A DNA stretch of 64,000 nucleotides from Octopus vulgaris (GCA_951406725.2 OX597827.1:6696001-6760000), one strand, 5' to 3'. Counted from the stretch's first letter, positions 11,953 to 26,662 are shown. The notes: generated by a model not told the origin, from the letters alone. Translations and numbers: made by a program.

Positions 11953-12603
11953 CAGTGGTTCTCAATCATTTTTTTTTACCTATGAACCACTTTGATTCCT
12001 ATTTTACTCAACTAGATCTGCCATAGCCATTGAGTGTTTAAATAAAATCCTTATAATTCTTATAATTGAATATTATTAGAAATTACTCTTTTACTCTTTT
12101 ACTTGTTTCAGTCATTTGACTGTGGCCATGCTGGAGCACCGCCTTTAGTCGAGCAAATCGACTCCAGGACTTATTCTTTGTAAGCCTAGTACTTATTGTA
12201 TGGGTCTCTTTTAGCCAAACCGCTAAGTTACGGGGGACGTAAACACACCAGCATCTGTTGTCAAGTGATGTTGGGGGGGACAAACACAGACACACAAACA
12301 TATACACACACACACACACATATATATATATATGCATATATACGACGGGCTTCTTTCAGTTTCCGTCTACCAAATCCACTCACAAGGCTTTGGTTGGCCC
12401 GAGGCTATAGTAGAAGACACTTGCCCAGTGGGACTGAACCCAGAACCATGTGGTTGGTAAGCAAGCTACTTACTACACAGCCACTCCTACGCCTGTCGTA
12501 TTAAAAAATTAAAATATTTTGTGTATTGAAGAAGTATACCCAATTTAATGCACATAAATTTTAACAACAAAATCGCATATGGACCCTAGTTCAAAACCAA
12601 TTG
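11953..12603. mobile_element. Degraded hAT-type MITE hosting a SINE
   Basis: Left end CAGTGGTTCTCAA resembles the TIR at 24333. Degenerate right end TTCAAAACCAATTG. Confidence 0.45.
12084..12493 (-). mobile_element. SINE family A
   Basis: Reverse complement of family A with a small internal deletion. Confidence 0.9.
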
Positions 12604-12877
12604 TAACAATTCACTTTTATACAATTTGAAAAGAATTTGATAATGATCTGTGTTAGCAATAATTGGTTCACAGGAAAGTTCTTAGAAGGTTTTGATATGT
12701 TCAGTTGATTTGATGAGTAAAGTATCTAACATTTTTGGATCGTGCCCTGAGTCTTGGAGTAATGAAGACAGAGAGAAGATGTTCACATTTTGATCATAGG
12801 GCAACTATGTATCAAGGTATACATTGTCCAATGCATCCTCCTTTATTTAAGATGGTAGGGAGTGACTGCAGAGAGAT

Positions 12878-12940
12878 ATGGATGTTACCATGGATGTTAC
12901 CATAGATGTTACCATGGATGTTACCATGGATGTTACCATG
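12878..12940. repeat. 12-bp tandem repeat (ATGGATGTTACC) x5
   Basis: Seen directly. Confidence 0.9.
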
Positions 12941-13472
12941 CCCTTCATCTGGGAAAGGAGAATATTGATTGCATACATATATTTTTTTTTCGTTCGGTGT
13001 TAACAGCCCTTCTTATCTTGTTTTTCCTTGTCCTGTCTTTTACTGTTTATAATTTGTACTGTCCGTAACTGTCCTGTTTTTGTTACCATTTTTTACCCCT
13101 CTGCGAAAAGATCTCAGAATTTTAATTGATTTGCTTTTTGCAGGAAGGAAAGTTTCTTGTCGAAGATATGTCTCGCTTTTATCCTTTGAAACGTAGAGTA
13201 GATGAAACCTTTAGCAACTGAAGAAGGGGTATTTTCTTTGTGTTAATTGTCCTGTACTCTATTTCTTTTTTTTTCCTGTTTTTAAAAAAATGTCCAGTTC
13301 CTTTGGTTTGTGTCTATGTTTTCATTTCTCATTGTGTTCGACGTCCTTTTGGTGTCCTGTACTCATATATGCGTGTATATGTACATGTAGAGGTAGGTAC
13401 GTACATATATGTTTATATATATGCATATGTTTTATTTTATTTATTAATATATTATATATATATATATATATA

Positions 13473-13752
13473 TCATCATCATCATCATCATCACTTAGCA
13501 TCCGCTTTCCATGCTAGCATTGTTTGGACGGTTCAACTTGTTTGGACGGTCTGGGAAGCCAGAAGGCTGCACCAGGCCCAGTCTGATCTGGCAATGATTC
13601 TACGGCTGGATGCCCTTCCTAACGCCAACCACTCCGTGAGTGTAGTGGGTGCTTTTTACGTGCCACCAGCACAGGTGCCAGATGGGGCTGGCAAACGGCC
13701 ACGGTCGAATGGTGCTTTTCACGTGCCACCGGCACGGGGGCCAGGCGAGGCT
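13473..13752 (-). mobile_element. Family B retroposon, 5'-truncated
   Basis: (CAT)n plus a body nearly identical to 10229-10480. Confidence 0.85.
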
Positions 13753-13755
13753 ATT

Positions 13756-13789
<34 letters not shown>

Positions 13790-13815
13790 TGTATGTATGT
13801 ATGTATACATATGTA

Positions 13816-13859
<44 letters not shown>

Positions 13860-14332
13860 AGGGTGTATATCATCCAACAAAATTTTCTTTATTTAAGATA
13901 GTAGGATGTTACTTCAAAGAAATTTGGTTGCTTTTTCTAGCAAATTAAGCAACCAGGGATAAGCTCCCACTTTCTTTTCAGTGGTTGATTTTGGTGTCTT
14001 GTAATAATGTAGCATATGGGGAACCATACCAAGAAAATTTGTTTACATTAATGCTGTGTTTGCCAGACTCTGAAGAATCTCACATGATGGATTAAATTTA
14101 GAGCTTTAAGCCCCACTAAATAGTTTACAGCCATAGCCTTTGTCAGCTAAATAATTTAGTAGCCTTGTATTTGGTTATATCTATTTATCTCTTAGTGTTT
14201 TAAATCAACTTAGTGTTCGGAGTTTATCTTTTATGTTACAAAATTAAAGAAAATATTGAATTAAATGAAATAAAACTTTGAATTAGTAAGGTTAAATAAT
14301 CATGCTTTCTTACAATAATACATATACATTTA

Positions 14333-14555
14333 TCATCATCATCATCATCATCATAATCATCGTCGTCGTCATCATCATCATCATCATCATCATCACCATC
14401 ACCATCAACATCATCATCATCATCATCATCATCATAATCATCGTCGACGTATCGTCATCATCGTCATCATCGTCATCATCATCACTATCACCACCACCAT
14501 CATCATCATCATCGTCGTCGTCATCATCATCATCATCATCATCGTCATCATCATT
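14333..14555. repeat. (CAT)/(CGT)/(CAC) microsatellite
   Basis: Seen directly. Confidence 0.9.
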
Positions 14556-15592
14556 ATTAGTGTTATTTTTGGCTTTTTATGTTGCTTTTACAGATTAAAT
14601 AGAAATTGTATGTATTTTGCTGAAATAGAATGGAAATCCTCTCATAAACAAAATAATCCTATCACCATTTCTATAATAAAGAAATACAGAAAAACGTTTT
14701 ATATAATTTAATAAAATTCTTCACATTTTCAAACTTCTTGAAATCAAAGAAACCAATATAATCTTAGAAGAATTTTATTTGCAAACACAGTTAAAGATTG
14801 TTGTTATTGTTGTTGTTGTTGTTTCCTTCAATTACATTTGAAACAAGATAAGATTTGATTTTTTTGATTATTTCTATTAAATTCTGTCAATCAGCTTAAA
14901 GGGATATTTAAAAATATATATTGTAACTTTAAGCACAATTTTTCTCTTCTTTATTTTCTTTTTAAAACCAGAGAGATATTTTTCGTCGAAACAAATGTTG
15001 TATATCTCAACAAACATCATAAAACTAATTATTTAAGTGTGACAATAAGGAAAGTAGATATGATTTTGTATTTTCCACTTGCCATCATCCATATCCTAAA
15101 TGGTGTTGACAGTCACAAGTTTTCCACACAAACCTAATGATGTAGAACTGATAGTGTTTATTTCCACCCACCAGCAGCAGTATCCTTAACAGAACTTAAA
15201 ACAACACAGCTGTAGCTGAAAATCTATGGAAGTAGACAGCAGTATCATATAACTACACACACACACACACACACAGAGGGAAAATAATTCACTTGAAGAA
15301 TTGAAGTTACTTACAGTTAGAGGCTTTACGCAGTTTAGATTTTTGTTTCCTAAGATATGAAATATTGTTCAAAATCCAATTAAATGTTATTGGATATAAA
15401 TTGAATATTATTGTGTGCATGTGTATATGCATGCACACACGTGCGCACACATGCACACACACGCATGAAAATATCTATATATATATATACACACACACGC
15501 ATGAAAATATCTATATATATATATATATACACATACATATATATATATATATATGTATATATATATTTATATATACATACATATATATAGAG

Positions 15593-16024
<432 letters not shown>

Positions 16025-16045
16025 TCTTTTAGTCTATGCATATAT

Positions 16046-16099
16046 AAACTGAGTAACATGTAAGCTAAGGAAATCCTCAGTTTACATGTTACTCAGTTT
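16046..16099. repeat. 54-nt near-perfect hairpin
   Basis: AAACTGAGTAACATGTAAGCTAAGGA-AA-TCCTCAGTTTACATGTTACTCAGTTT; 24 of 26 positions are Watson-Crick complementary. Confidence 0.9.
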
Positions 16100-16239
16100 G
16101 CACAGTTTCATTTTAGTACAGTTTGATTTTGATTATTTTTTTTATTTTATATAAATAGAAATCCAACTTCATCATTTCCAATTCAGTTTTTGCATTTTTC
16201 TTTCGTTCCATTTCTTTGATAGTGAAGTAGATAATTCCC

Positions 16240-16284
<45 letters not shown>

Positions 16285-16711
16285 CATCATCATCATCATC
16301 ATTATTATTATAATTATAATTATTATTATTAAGTTACAGTTACTTTTTATATACTGCTAAATATTTTCGAGATTGAATAACAGTTTCAAATGTCAAAAAG
16401 CTTGATTTTTCAGGAAAGGAAAAGTGTGTGTGTGTGAGAGTAAGTGTGTGTGGTGGCGGGTATTAAAAAATTTTTCACAGAAAGATGACAAAGGAACACA
16501 CAAAATGTGAACAAGCTTGTTCCTTATCAGTTATTGGGCAAAAATCATCACAAATCATGAGACATTATCAATAAGATTGTTCTGTTTGGTGACAGTAACA
16601 GCAAAAACCTACTGGGATGAGTGAGAGCATAAAGGACTGATGATGAAAGCAAACAATTATAAATGATGACAGAATAAGGACAAGGCATAAAGGAAAATGA
16701 TGCAGGTAGAT

Positions 16712-16920
<209 letters not shown>

Positions 16921-17486
16921 AATTGATGGCATTTTTATATATATGATGTAGCCATCTGTGCATCATGCTTGAATGCAAATACATTGTGAAAATGCAAATA
17001 ATCTGTGGTATTTGCTCAGATATAATATCTCTTACGGATATGCTGTATTTAAAAACACAAACTACTTTGGTAGCAGATGAAATTAATATATTTTATAAAA
17101 TGGAAATAGCTGAATTGAAAATATGAAACAGCTTAATATCAACGAAGCAAATGTTTGAACAGATGAAAGTTTGGGAGAAAAAAACAGAACCAATAGAAAC
17201 AATTGTCGGGCCTTTGTAAAGTTTTAAATATCCAGCATACATTTGTAGTAACAATATGGAAACAAAGAAAGAACCTCAATCATTTTGGATGGAAAATAAA
17301 TCCTAATACTATCACAGTATACCCCTACACACACAGCCACACACGCATTATATATATATATATATATATGAATTAGAGAAGAACCACCTTTTAACTATTC
17401 AACAATGAAATTATATTATATATTGTGAAATTTGATTTAGTATTACTAAATTGAATTTTTCCCTGTAAGTTTGGAATAATATTCCC

Positions 17487-17541
<55 letters not shown>

Positions 17542-17550
17542 TATATATAT

Positions 17551-17964
17551 GGCGCAGAAGTGGCTGTGTGGTAAGTAGCTTGTTTACCAACCACATGGTT
17601 CCGGGTTCAGTCCCACTGCATGGCACCTTGGGCAAGTGTCTTCTACTATAGTCTTGGATTGACCAAAGCCTTGTAATTGGATTTGGTAGACGGAAACTGA
17701 AAGAAGCCCATCGTATATATATATATGTATATATATATATGCGTGTGTATGTTTGTGTGTCTGTGTTTGTCCCCCCTAGCATTGCTTGACAACCGATGCT
17801 GGTGTGTTTATGTCCCCGTTACTTAGCGGTTCGGCAAAAGAGACCGATAGAATAAGTACTGGACTTACAAAAGAATAAGTCCCGGGGTCGAGTTGTTCGA
17901 TTAAAGGCGGTGCTCCAGCATGGCCGCAGTCAAATGACTGAAACAAGTAAAAGAGAGTAAAAGA

Positions 17965-17966
<2 letters not shown>
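17551..17966 (+). mobile_element. SINE family A
   Basis: Full-length, flanked by (TA)n. Confidence 0.9.
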
Positions 17967-18012
<46 letters not shown>

Positions 18013-18411
18013 GTCCCTCCCCACAGTTTACAATATAGATTGTTCTAACAAATCACAGACCAAATCAAAATCATATAGACTTAGGGAAATACAACCAGTT
18101 TTAGCTGTCAGCTGGTCAAAATGCCTGATGAAATGGTTTGGTTATGTAATTCTTATTATGGAATTTTATATAATGTTAACATAGTTATAAACACATAGAA
18201 TAAATGAGCTGTACCTGTAATTCAATGGGTCAGCTTTGTCACATTCTATGTCACACTAAATCTCCCTGAGAACTATGTTAATGGTTTACATGTCTGTGGT
18301 GTAATCAGCTACTTGTACACTAATGTCAAAAACAGACTGTGTCATTGAGTGAATCAACTGGAACCCTCATCATTGTAACCAACAGAGTGCCAGATTTTGT
18401 GTGTATATTTT

Positions 18412-18636
18412 TTATCCTTTATTTATTGCAGTCTTTCAACTGCTTGGGCATGCTTGGGTTTGATTAAAACCTTAATGGGTTTTAATCAAACAGTTGACCC
18501 TTATACTTACTTTTCAGCCTGGTTCTTATTCTCAGTCTTTCTTTTAACCAAACTCCTTTTTCTTAAGGGTCATAAGCAAACTAACACCAGTCGTCAAACA
18601 GTATCAGGGGAACAAACACAAACACAATTATACACA

Positions 18637-18675
<39 letters not shown>

Positions 18676-18800
18676 GCTTCATTTATTTTGCATCAACCAA
18701 ACCCACTCACAAGATTTTAGTTAACCTGGGACTTATATTAGAAGACACTTGCCCAAGGTGCCATGCAGAGGGACTGAACCCAAGAAAATGTTGTTGGGAA
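18412..18800 (-). mobile_element. Old degraded SINE family A
   Basis: Retains AGAAGACACTTGCCCAAGGTGCCATGCAGAGGGACTGAACCC and other family A blocks. Confidence 0.7.
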
Positions 18801-18904
18801 CATATGACATACATACATGCACACAATTATTCATATACCTGCATATATGCATACACTCACACACAAGTGTGTGTGTGTGTAATTAATGTCATATGTTCAC
18901 ATAA

Positions 18905-19147
18905 CTTATCAGATTATCGGATGTTGTTTCACATCGCTGGTCACAATGTGCTTTGCATCACTTTAGCCTTTGAATGATATCATCCTGCTGGCTAGGCAAG
19001 CAGGCCAACACACCTCACTGATTGAAAGGGGGACTGGAGCAACGTGAAATGAAGTGCTTTACTTAAGAGCAGAACACACTGCCTGGTCTGGGAATTGAAC
19101 TCATAATTTAGCAACTGCGAGTGCAACAGCCTAACCACTCAGCCATG
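18905..19147 (-). mobile_element. Degraded tRNA-SINE, family D-like head
   Basis: Reverse complement reads ATGGCTGAGTGGTTAGG...GAGTTCAATTCCCAGACC...AAAGCACTTCATTTCACGTTGCTCCAGTC. Confidence 0.6.
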
Positions 19148-19734
19148 TATTCTTCCAAATTATTTAACTCAGCACTGTATATTTTTCCTAATCGAAATGC
19201 TAAGTTTCTTTAATCCTCTACTCACTCTGTTAATAGTATACATGTCTGCGGTGTACTCAGCCACTTGTTTCCACACTATAACTATGACAATAGATTCAGT
19301 CATGCTTCATTATTTCCCCTTGACTGCATCCATATTCCTTTGTTTTGAGAAACTCTGTGGTAATCTAACACATCATGCTGTTTATATGCATTCCAAACTT
19401 AATCACAGCTTGATGTTGTTTTCATGTAACTCCTGGCTTGGAACTTTGCCGAGATTACACTCAGTTATGACATAATGCTGTCAACAGTCTGCGAAAGAGT
19501 TGAGAATTTTGCAGATCTTGCTTATTGTTTATACAGAGAACCTTTCTCCAGAAAAGAGATAAGGAAAGAAACAATGTTTATCGTATCAGTGGATGAGATT
19601 TTAGATGATCTACGAATGTTTTTCTCTTGTCACTTTAAAAAAAAAAAATAGTGTGTAAGCAATTCTCCATCCACCCAGCCATCCACTTCTGTTACTTTTA
19701 AAAAAATAAAACTAATGATCCGTTTTACCACTCA

Positions 19735-20293
19735 ACTACTGCTGCTGCTGCTCCTCACCTCCTCCTCCTCCTCCTCCTCATTCCCCCTCCTCTTCCTCCT
19801 TCTTCTCCTCCTCCTCCACATCCTCTTCCTCTCCTCTCCTCCCCATCCCCCCTCCTCATCATCATCCTCCTCCTCCTTCTCCTCCTCCTTATCTTCCTCC
19901 TTCTCCTCTTCCTCTTCCTCTTCCTCTTCTTCCTCTTCCTCCTCTTCCTCTTCCTCTTCCTCTTCCTCCTCTTCCTCTCCTCCTCTCCTCTTCCTCTTCC
20001 TCTTCCTCTTCCTCTTCCTCCCTCTTCCTCTTCCTCTTCCTCTTCCTCCTCCTCCTCTTCCTCCTCTTCCTCTTCCTCCTTCTCCTCTTCCTCCTCTTCC
20101 TCTTCCTCCTCTTCCTCTTCCTTCTCTTCCTCTTCCTCCTTCTCCTCTTCCTCCTCTTCCTCTTCCTCCTTCTCCTCTTCCTCCTCCTCCTCCTCCTCCT
20201 CCTCCTCCTCCTACTACTACTACTACTACTACTACTGTTACTACCACTACCACTGTCACTACCACCACTACTGCTGCTGTTGCTGCTGCTGCC
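19735..20293. repeat. Polypyrimidine (CCT/CTT)n tract followed by (ACT)/(GCT) triplets
   Basis: Seen directly. Confidence 0.95.
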
Positions 20294-21189
20294 ATCCTTT
20301 TTATTTTTGCATTTAGATGCTTTTAGAAAAGCTTTAACCATTCTGCAATGAAACATTTAAATGTAGTAGATTTTCAATTTGGATAGAATACATAGCTAAA
20401 CCATTAGCTCCTGGATGCTGAATCAGTACAAGGAGATTCTGTGGTGCAATCCAATTTTTAGCTTCAATACTCATACAAATATAGTCAAAAAATTCCTTAA
20501 CTTGATCTCACTTCAGATCACCAGAGAACATAGATGTTATAAAATGTTTAATAGTATTCCTGTCACAGTTTCATACTTATATAAGAAATATTTAAAAAAT
20601 TTCGCTCATTTTGTTAATTCCATTAAGGCAAAATAGCTGACAATCAATAGTAATAGTATCACAAGATTCACTTGTAATTTCATGAATTCTTGTAACAGTC
20701 CAATGAAGGGAAACTGTCTAAGCTAGGTATAATTGCATGATAGATCATGATCAAAAAATTTACAATGACATCAAATACTTTTAAGACTTGATATTACTTG
20801 CACTGGCATACACTAATCAATCAAGAGTTTTTTAATGGTTTTGAGCTGCAAATGGGTGCCCAAGAATGAAAGTACCAGAAAAGATACGTTTATTATCTCA
20901 GACACATTATGAAATGGTGAAAGGTACCTTATATCTAATGAAAATTATTGGTAAATGATCATGGTGGGTGGAGCACTATCAAATAGCATAAAAAACTACA
21001 AACATACAGACTACAAAAAAAACCCAAATGAAATTAACTGAAAGAAACTAACAATAATCTTCATTTACTACTACTGCCATATGTGTGTGCCCCATATTTG
21101 CACCTTGAATTGATTTTCATACACACTTGAACACTCAGTCATGGATGACAGCACTAACAGTCATTGTAAGCTAGAACAAATGAATAAGA

Positions 21190-21605
21190 TCTCTTTTACT
21201 CTTCTACTCTTTTACTTGTTTCAGTCATTTGACTGCGGCCATGCTGGAGCACCACCTTTAGTCGAGCAAATCGACCCCAGGACTTATTATTTGTAAGCCC
21301 AGTACTTATTCTATCGGTCTCTTTTGCCGAACCACGAAGTGACGAGGACGTAAACACATCAGCATCAGTTGTCAAGCGATGTTGGGGAGGAAGGACCAAA
21401 CACAGACACACATACACACACACACAAATATATCTATATATATACATACATACGATGGGCTTCTTTCAGTTTCCGTCTACCAAATCCACTCACAAGGCTT
21501 TCGTCGACCCGAGGCTTTTGTAGAAGACACTTGCCCAAGGTGCCACACAGTGGGACTGAACCCAAAACCATGTGGTTGGTAAGCAAGCTACTTACCACAC
21601 AGCCA
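21190..21605 (-). mobile_element. SINE family A
   Basis: Reverse complement of family A. Confidence 0.9.
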
Positions 21606-21821
21606 TGTATGTGTATATCTTTTCTCAACATATTAATTAAAGATGTAAACCCTTGGCAAGAATATTGATAACCCTATATATTTTAACAAAAATACCTCAA
21701 GTGGTATCTGTTCCATAAGAGTTAGGTATATAGTACTTTCTCCCTCTTATCATAATAAATTCAATAAACCCTTGATTGGCTTGTCAGAAAGCTGCAGTCA
21801 ATAAAACTATTGTTCACAATA

Positions 21822-22220
21822 GGCATAGGAGTGGCTATGTGGTAAGTAGCTTGCTTACGAACCACATGGTTCTGGGTTCAGTCCCACTGTGTGGCATCTT
21901 GGGCAAGTGCCTTCTACTATAGCCTCGGGCCGACCAAAACCTTGTGAGTGGATTTGGTAGATGGAAACTGAAAGAAGCCCGTATATGTATATACGTATGT
22001 GTATGTGTGTATGTGTTTGTATATCTGTGTTTGTCCCCCAACATCGCTTGACAACCGATGCTGGTGTGTTTACGTTCCCGTAACTTAGCAGTTCGGCAAA
22101 AAGAGCTCGATAGAATAAGTACTAGGCTTATAAATAATAAGTCCTGGGGTCGATTTGCTTGACTAAAGGTGGTGCTCCAGCATGGCCACAGTCAAATGAC
22201 TGAAACAAGTAAAAGAGTAA
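21822..22220 (+). mobile_element. SINE family A
   Basis: Full-length. Confidence 0.9.
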
Positions 22221-22743
22221 GTGTGGTGCATATATATATGTGTGTGTATGCATATATGTATATGCATACACACACACAACACATACACACACACACACAT
22301 ACACATATATATATAAATACATGTGTTTGTATATATAGGCATGTGTGTATGTATATATATGTATGTTTTGCAGATTAAAGGACTTAGAAATCTGAGTAGT
22401 TTCCTCATTCAGCACTCCTGTGAGTACCAGGTAACAGAGTGCATAGAAGTGGACAGTTTTCCTTAAAGAAAGTATCCTGTAATAATCCTCTAGGGTGGCA
22501 AGCTGGCAAAATCATTTCCATACTTAGAGACAGTTCTTCCTACCTTCCAAGTTCAAATGCTGTTAGGGTTGACTTTGCTTTTTATCCTGGGGTTGAAGAA
22601 ATCGATTACACCCTTCTCCAAAATGGCCTTGTGTCAAAATTTGAAACCACTATCACAGAATCATTTATACTCATGATCTGTCTGAATCATGTACTGGTGA
22701 AATTATCATGATAATGTAACAACATCAATTCCATTCTTGGACT

Positions 22744-22787
<44 letters not shown>

Positions 22788-23534
22788 TATAGAAATAAAA
22801 ATACATTCAAATTGGACCCAGATATTGTTTTGCACTTCTACACACCACAGTTTAACTCTCAATTGGAATTAGTGTCAAGATTTTCCAGAAATGTTCCCCT
22901 TTACTCTATAAAACTGGGACTAAACACTTGTCTGTAGCCCCTTATTATTTTGGAGTTATATATACATATACAATTTGTGCTCCATTCCTCTCTTACATCT
23001 TTTCATATCTGCAATTGTCAATTGCAGTAAATCCTTATATTTTCTTCTAAGTGAATGGATTTTATTTGCATATAAGCTATTATATTTAGATAATTAAGAG
23101 GGTTTTTTAATTGGATTTCATGCTTCATCTTTCACTCATGTTAAATAAGTGTTCATCTTCTAAAAATAAGAACATGGTAACATCATCATCGTCAAGGTTT
23201 AACATTTACTTTTCCACACTTGCATAGGTTAGAGAGAATTCATTGGAACAGATTTCCTACAGTTGGATGCACTTTCTTTTATTCAGTCTTCATGCTTCCT
23301 AGCAAGATAATAATCCCTTTATCAAACAACAGGAAATAAATGACATTGTTTCAATGAGCCTTTTTGCAAAGATTTCAACATGAAGCCCAGACATTCTTCA
23401 GCATTTGGCTACAAGATACTGGCACCATCTGTATAGATAGCAATGCTGTTGTGTGTTTACAGTCAGTGAACACATAAAGATGAGGGGTAGTACAAACCCA
23501 CCGATACACATGCAAGCATGTATATAAACATACT

Positions 23535-23921
23535 GGAAGCACTCCATCGGTTATGACGACGAGGGTTCCGGTTGATCCGAATCAACGGAACAGCCTGCTC
23601 GTGAAATTAATATGTAAGTGGCTGAGCACTCCACAGACACGTGTACCCTTAACGTAGTTCTCGGGGATATTCAGCGTGACACAGAGAGTAACAAGGCCGG
23701 CCCTTTGAAATACAGGTACAACAGAAACAGGAAGTAAGAGTGAGAGAAAGTTGTGGTGAAAGAGTACAGCAGGGACCACCACCATCCCCTGCCGGAGCCT
23801 CGTGGAGCTTTAGGTGTTTTCGCTCAATAAACACTCACAACGCCTGGTCTGGGAATCGAAACAGCGATCCTATGACTGCGAGTCCGCTGCCCTAACCACT
23901 GGGCCATTGCGCCTCCACTCG
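23535..23921 (-). mobile_element. tRNA-derived SINE, family E, with 11-bp TSD
   Basis: Minus-strand head GGAGGCGCAATGGCCCAGTGGTTAGGGCAGCGGAC...GTTTCGATTCCC. Direct repeat ATAAACATACT at 23524-23534 and 23922-23932. Degraded relatives at about 18205-18392 (+) and 48315-48450 (-). Confidence 0.85.
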
Positions 23922-24332
23922 ATAAACATACTACACACATAGGCACACACACACACACATACACACACACACACACACACATGTTCATGACAGGTTTCTC
24001 CAGTTTCTCCCTAACAATTCCATTCACAACGTATTACTCAATTTGCAGATATAGTATAAAATGTTGGCCAAAATGTTCCTGCGGTAAGACCCAATGGTTC
24101 CAAAGAAACCTTATGGTTCCAAAGAAATCTTCTTAACCATCTCTCTGCCTATAGCAATGTCTGCATCTACCTCATCTAAAGAATAGATAACCTCTTTCAA
24201 CTATTCAAATATAATCCATTTACCAATATAAGGTGTTGATAAGATATTCATAAAATGTATTTAAATGTATTTCAGATTGCTTTAGACTGTTGCTCACATA
24301 TACAGAATATATTACAGCCACACATTCTAGAC

Positions 24333-24535
24333 CAGTGGTTTTCAACCAGGGTTCTGCCAGTACAGTGCAGGGGTTCCGCAAGAAGTTACAAAACTGCTAA
24401 AATCAGCAGTAATTTTTAATTCTCCTGTGCAGATATGTGTGCATAAGACTATATTAAATTATTGCACAGGGGTTCCTCGAACCAGTGGAATGTTTCCTTG
24501 GGGTTCCGCTCCAGCAAAAAGTTTGAAAAGCACTG
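24333..24535. mobile_element. hAT (Buster/Charlie-type) MITE with perfect 8-bp TSD
   Basis: TIRs CAGTGGTTTTCAA / TTGAAAAGCACTG. TSD TTCTAGAC at 24325-24332 and 24536-24543, with the central TA typical of Buster-type hATs. Confidence 0.92.
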
Positions 24536-25845
24536 TTCTAGACTATACCCACATTAATTTGTCAACACACTGAAACCACTGGTCTACTTCCATGGTGCTT
24601 CTTCCCTCCCATCTTAATCATAACAGTTGCCTCCATTCCTCTGAATTAGAAATTTGCATACCACCCCCATTCAGGCCTACCTGATACTCACACCTTCCTC
24701 TTTATCTCATTTTATCTCTCCTCTCAAACTCTTCTTTAAATATTTTTCCTAATCATTCTGCTTCAAAACTACAGCACTTCAAGAACCCTCTCTCTGTCTG
24801 TACTTTTTCTACAGCCATTCTCAAAAGGAAACCAAAAAGTAGTTTTATTTTTATTATCATTAATTAATATTTTATTTTACAGATGATTCGTTTGACTATA
24901 AAACTATAGTTAAAAGAAGATTCCATTTAAATATCTTAATATTTGTCATATTTATGTAAGTATAAGGACAAAATGATAAAACTAAGCACTTCAAATTCTT
25001 CTTCCAATAGTTTGCATGAAATTTTTTAATTCTAATACAAATTCATGTTCAACAAACAACTTTCCCCGTTTCACTTAAACATAAGAAATATCTACAAAGC
25101 ACCTCGTATCATATTCAATCTGAGGAAATAACTGCTTTTCCTTCTATTGCTAAAAGCCATTTATTCTGAAATTCAACACTGTTTTAGTCAAAGCTAATGG
25201 TTGAAAGGACGCAGTTCAAAGTAGTTCTCTCCTTGGATATCCTTATTTATAGAAGTAAACTTGCTATTTCACTTACTTTATATGGCCATTAAGTGCAGTT
25301 ATGATTCGGTTTCTTTTCACTAGAAAGATGTTATGATTGGTATAGCAATTAGAAAGCAAATATGATTAAGGAACGTAAACCAAGAAAAACTGGATCAATA
25401 AATTATTAAATTTAAAATCAAACAAGTTTCTTAAGATCAGAAATCCAGTTAGTGTTTAAGAAATCAGTCACAACTATACAATAACACAGTTTTCTTACAA
25501 AAATTTTAGCTTTTAAGTGTTTAAGCATTCATGTTATTACACTAAGCCAAAATTATCAAACACCGTAATTAATTTCTAAATAATTGCTTGATATGCAATA
25601 ATAGCTTTTTTGGTATCACAAGAGCAAATTTATTGTTCCCAAATCAAGAGAAGATCTTCGTCAAAGAGAAACAAAAAAACAAGAAAGAAAGAAAAAAAAA
25701 GAAAGAAAAAGATTTTCATTGTCAAAAAGATTCAACTCTGTGGATTTCATCTTCAGACAATATTATCGTGAAGATTTATGTCAGAGTTGGATAAAATTTG
25801 CGTGGGGTGATTTCTGAATGCACAAAGACTAACATGCAGCACATG

Positions 25846-26406
25846 TTGGAGACCCTGAGAAGGTCATTGTTGGCATTTATCCACAGTGATTTAAAAAATT
25901 ACGGAGATGTACTTGCATAGCAAGTGACTTGATCTGAGTTTGATCTATGAAACATAATCAATTTTTAATTTTAGAAATTCATAGCAGCAGATATCTTCAC
26001 ATATGCCTCGGTCATTTGACTGCAGCCATGCTGGGGGACTGCCTTGAAGGGTTTTAGTCGAACAAATCGACCCCAGGACTTAATTTTCTTAAGCATAGTA
26101 CTTATTCTGTCAGCTTTTTTGCCAAACCACTAAGTAATGGGGATGTAAACACACCAACAATGGTTGTCAAATGGTAGTGGAGGAAAAACACAGAAACAAA
26201 GATGCACACACATAGATATATACATACATACATAAATAGATGTGTGTATTTTGGCCTTGTTAACAATTAACATGGAAAAATATATTAATAGTTACTAGGG
26301 TAGCAAAAAACCACACAATTTGAATAACACCTGCATTTAATTCCATTTATTTATTTATACATACATACATATATATGTAATAATAATAAATAATATATAT
26401 GTGTGT

Positions 26407-26443
<37 letters not shown>

Positions 26444-26624
26444 CAAAATTAAGAGAAATGACCACTGAAGTGGACACCTAATGTGCTAAACATAGACGTC
26501 AAATTGCCATTACCATGAAGAATGAGTTCTGAAGAAAAATCTCAGCAAAACGCCAAAATTATATAGATATATATATATACACAAATGAAAAGCAATGAAT
26601 GTGTGCATGCGTGTGTATGTGTGT

Positions 26625-26662
<38 letters not shown>

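Noticed and set aside
12990-13445. Pyrimidine-rich segment with CTGAAGAAG, possible Penelope-type repeat
   Set aside because: No stem II plus GAAA follows the core, and there is no second copy in the window to define it.
20780-20990. LSCKWVPK and IIGK*SW, reminiscent of mariner WVPHEL and TGDESW
   Set aside because: Too short and degenerate to call without a translated search.
23860-23918. tRNA-like sequences at the heads of families A, C, D and E
   Set aside because: They have A/B boxes but no complete cloverleaf or acceptor stem, and they continue into SINE bodies. They are not tRNA genes.
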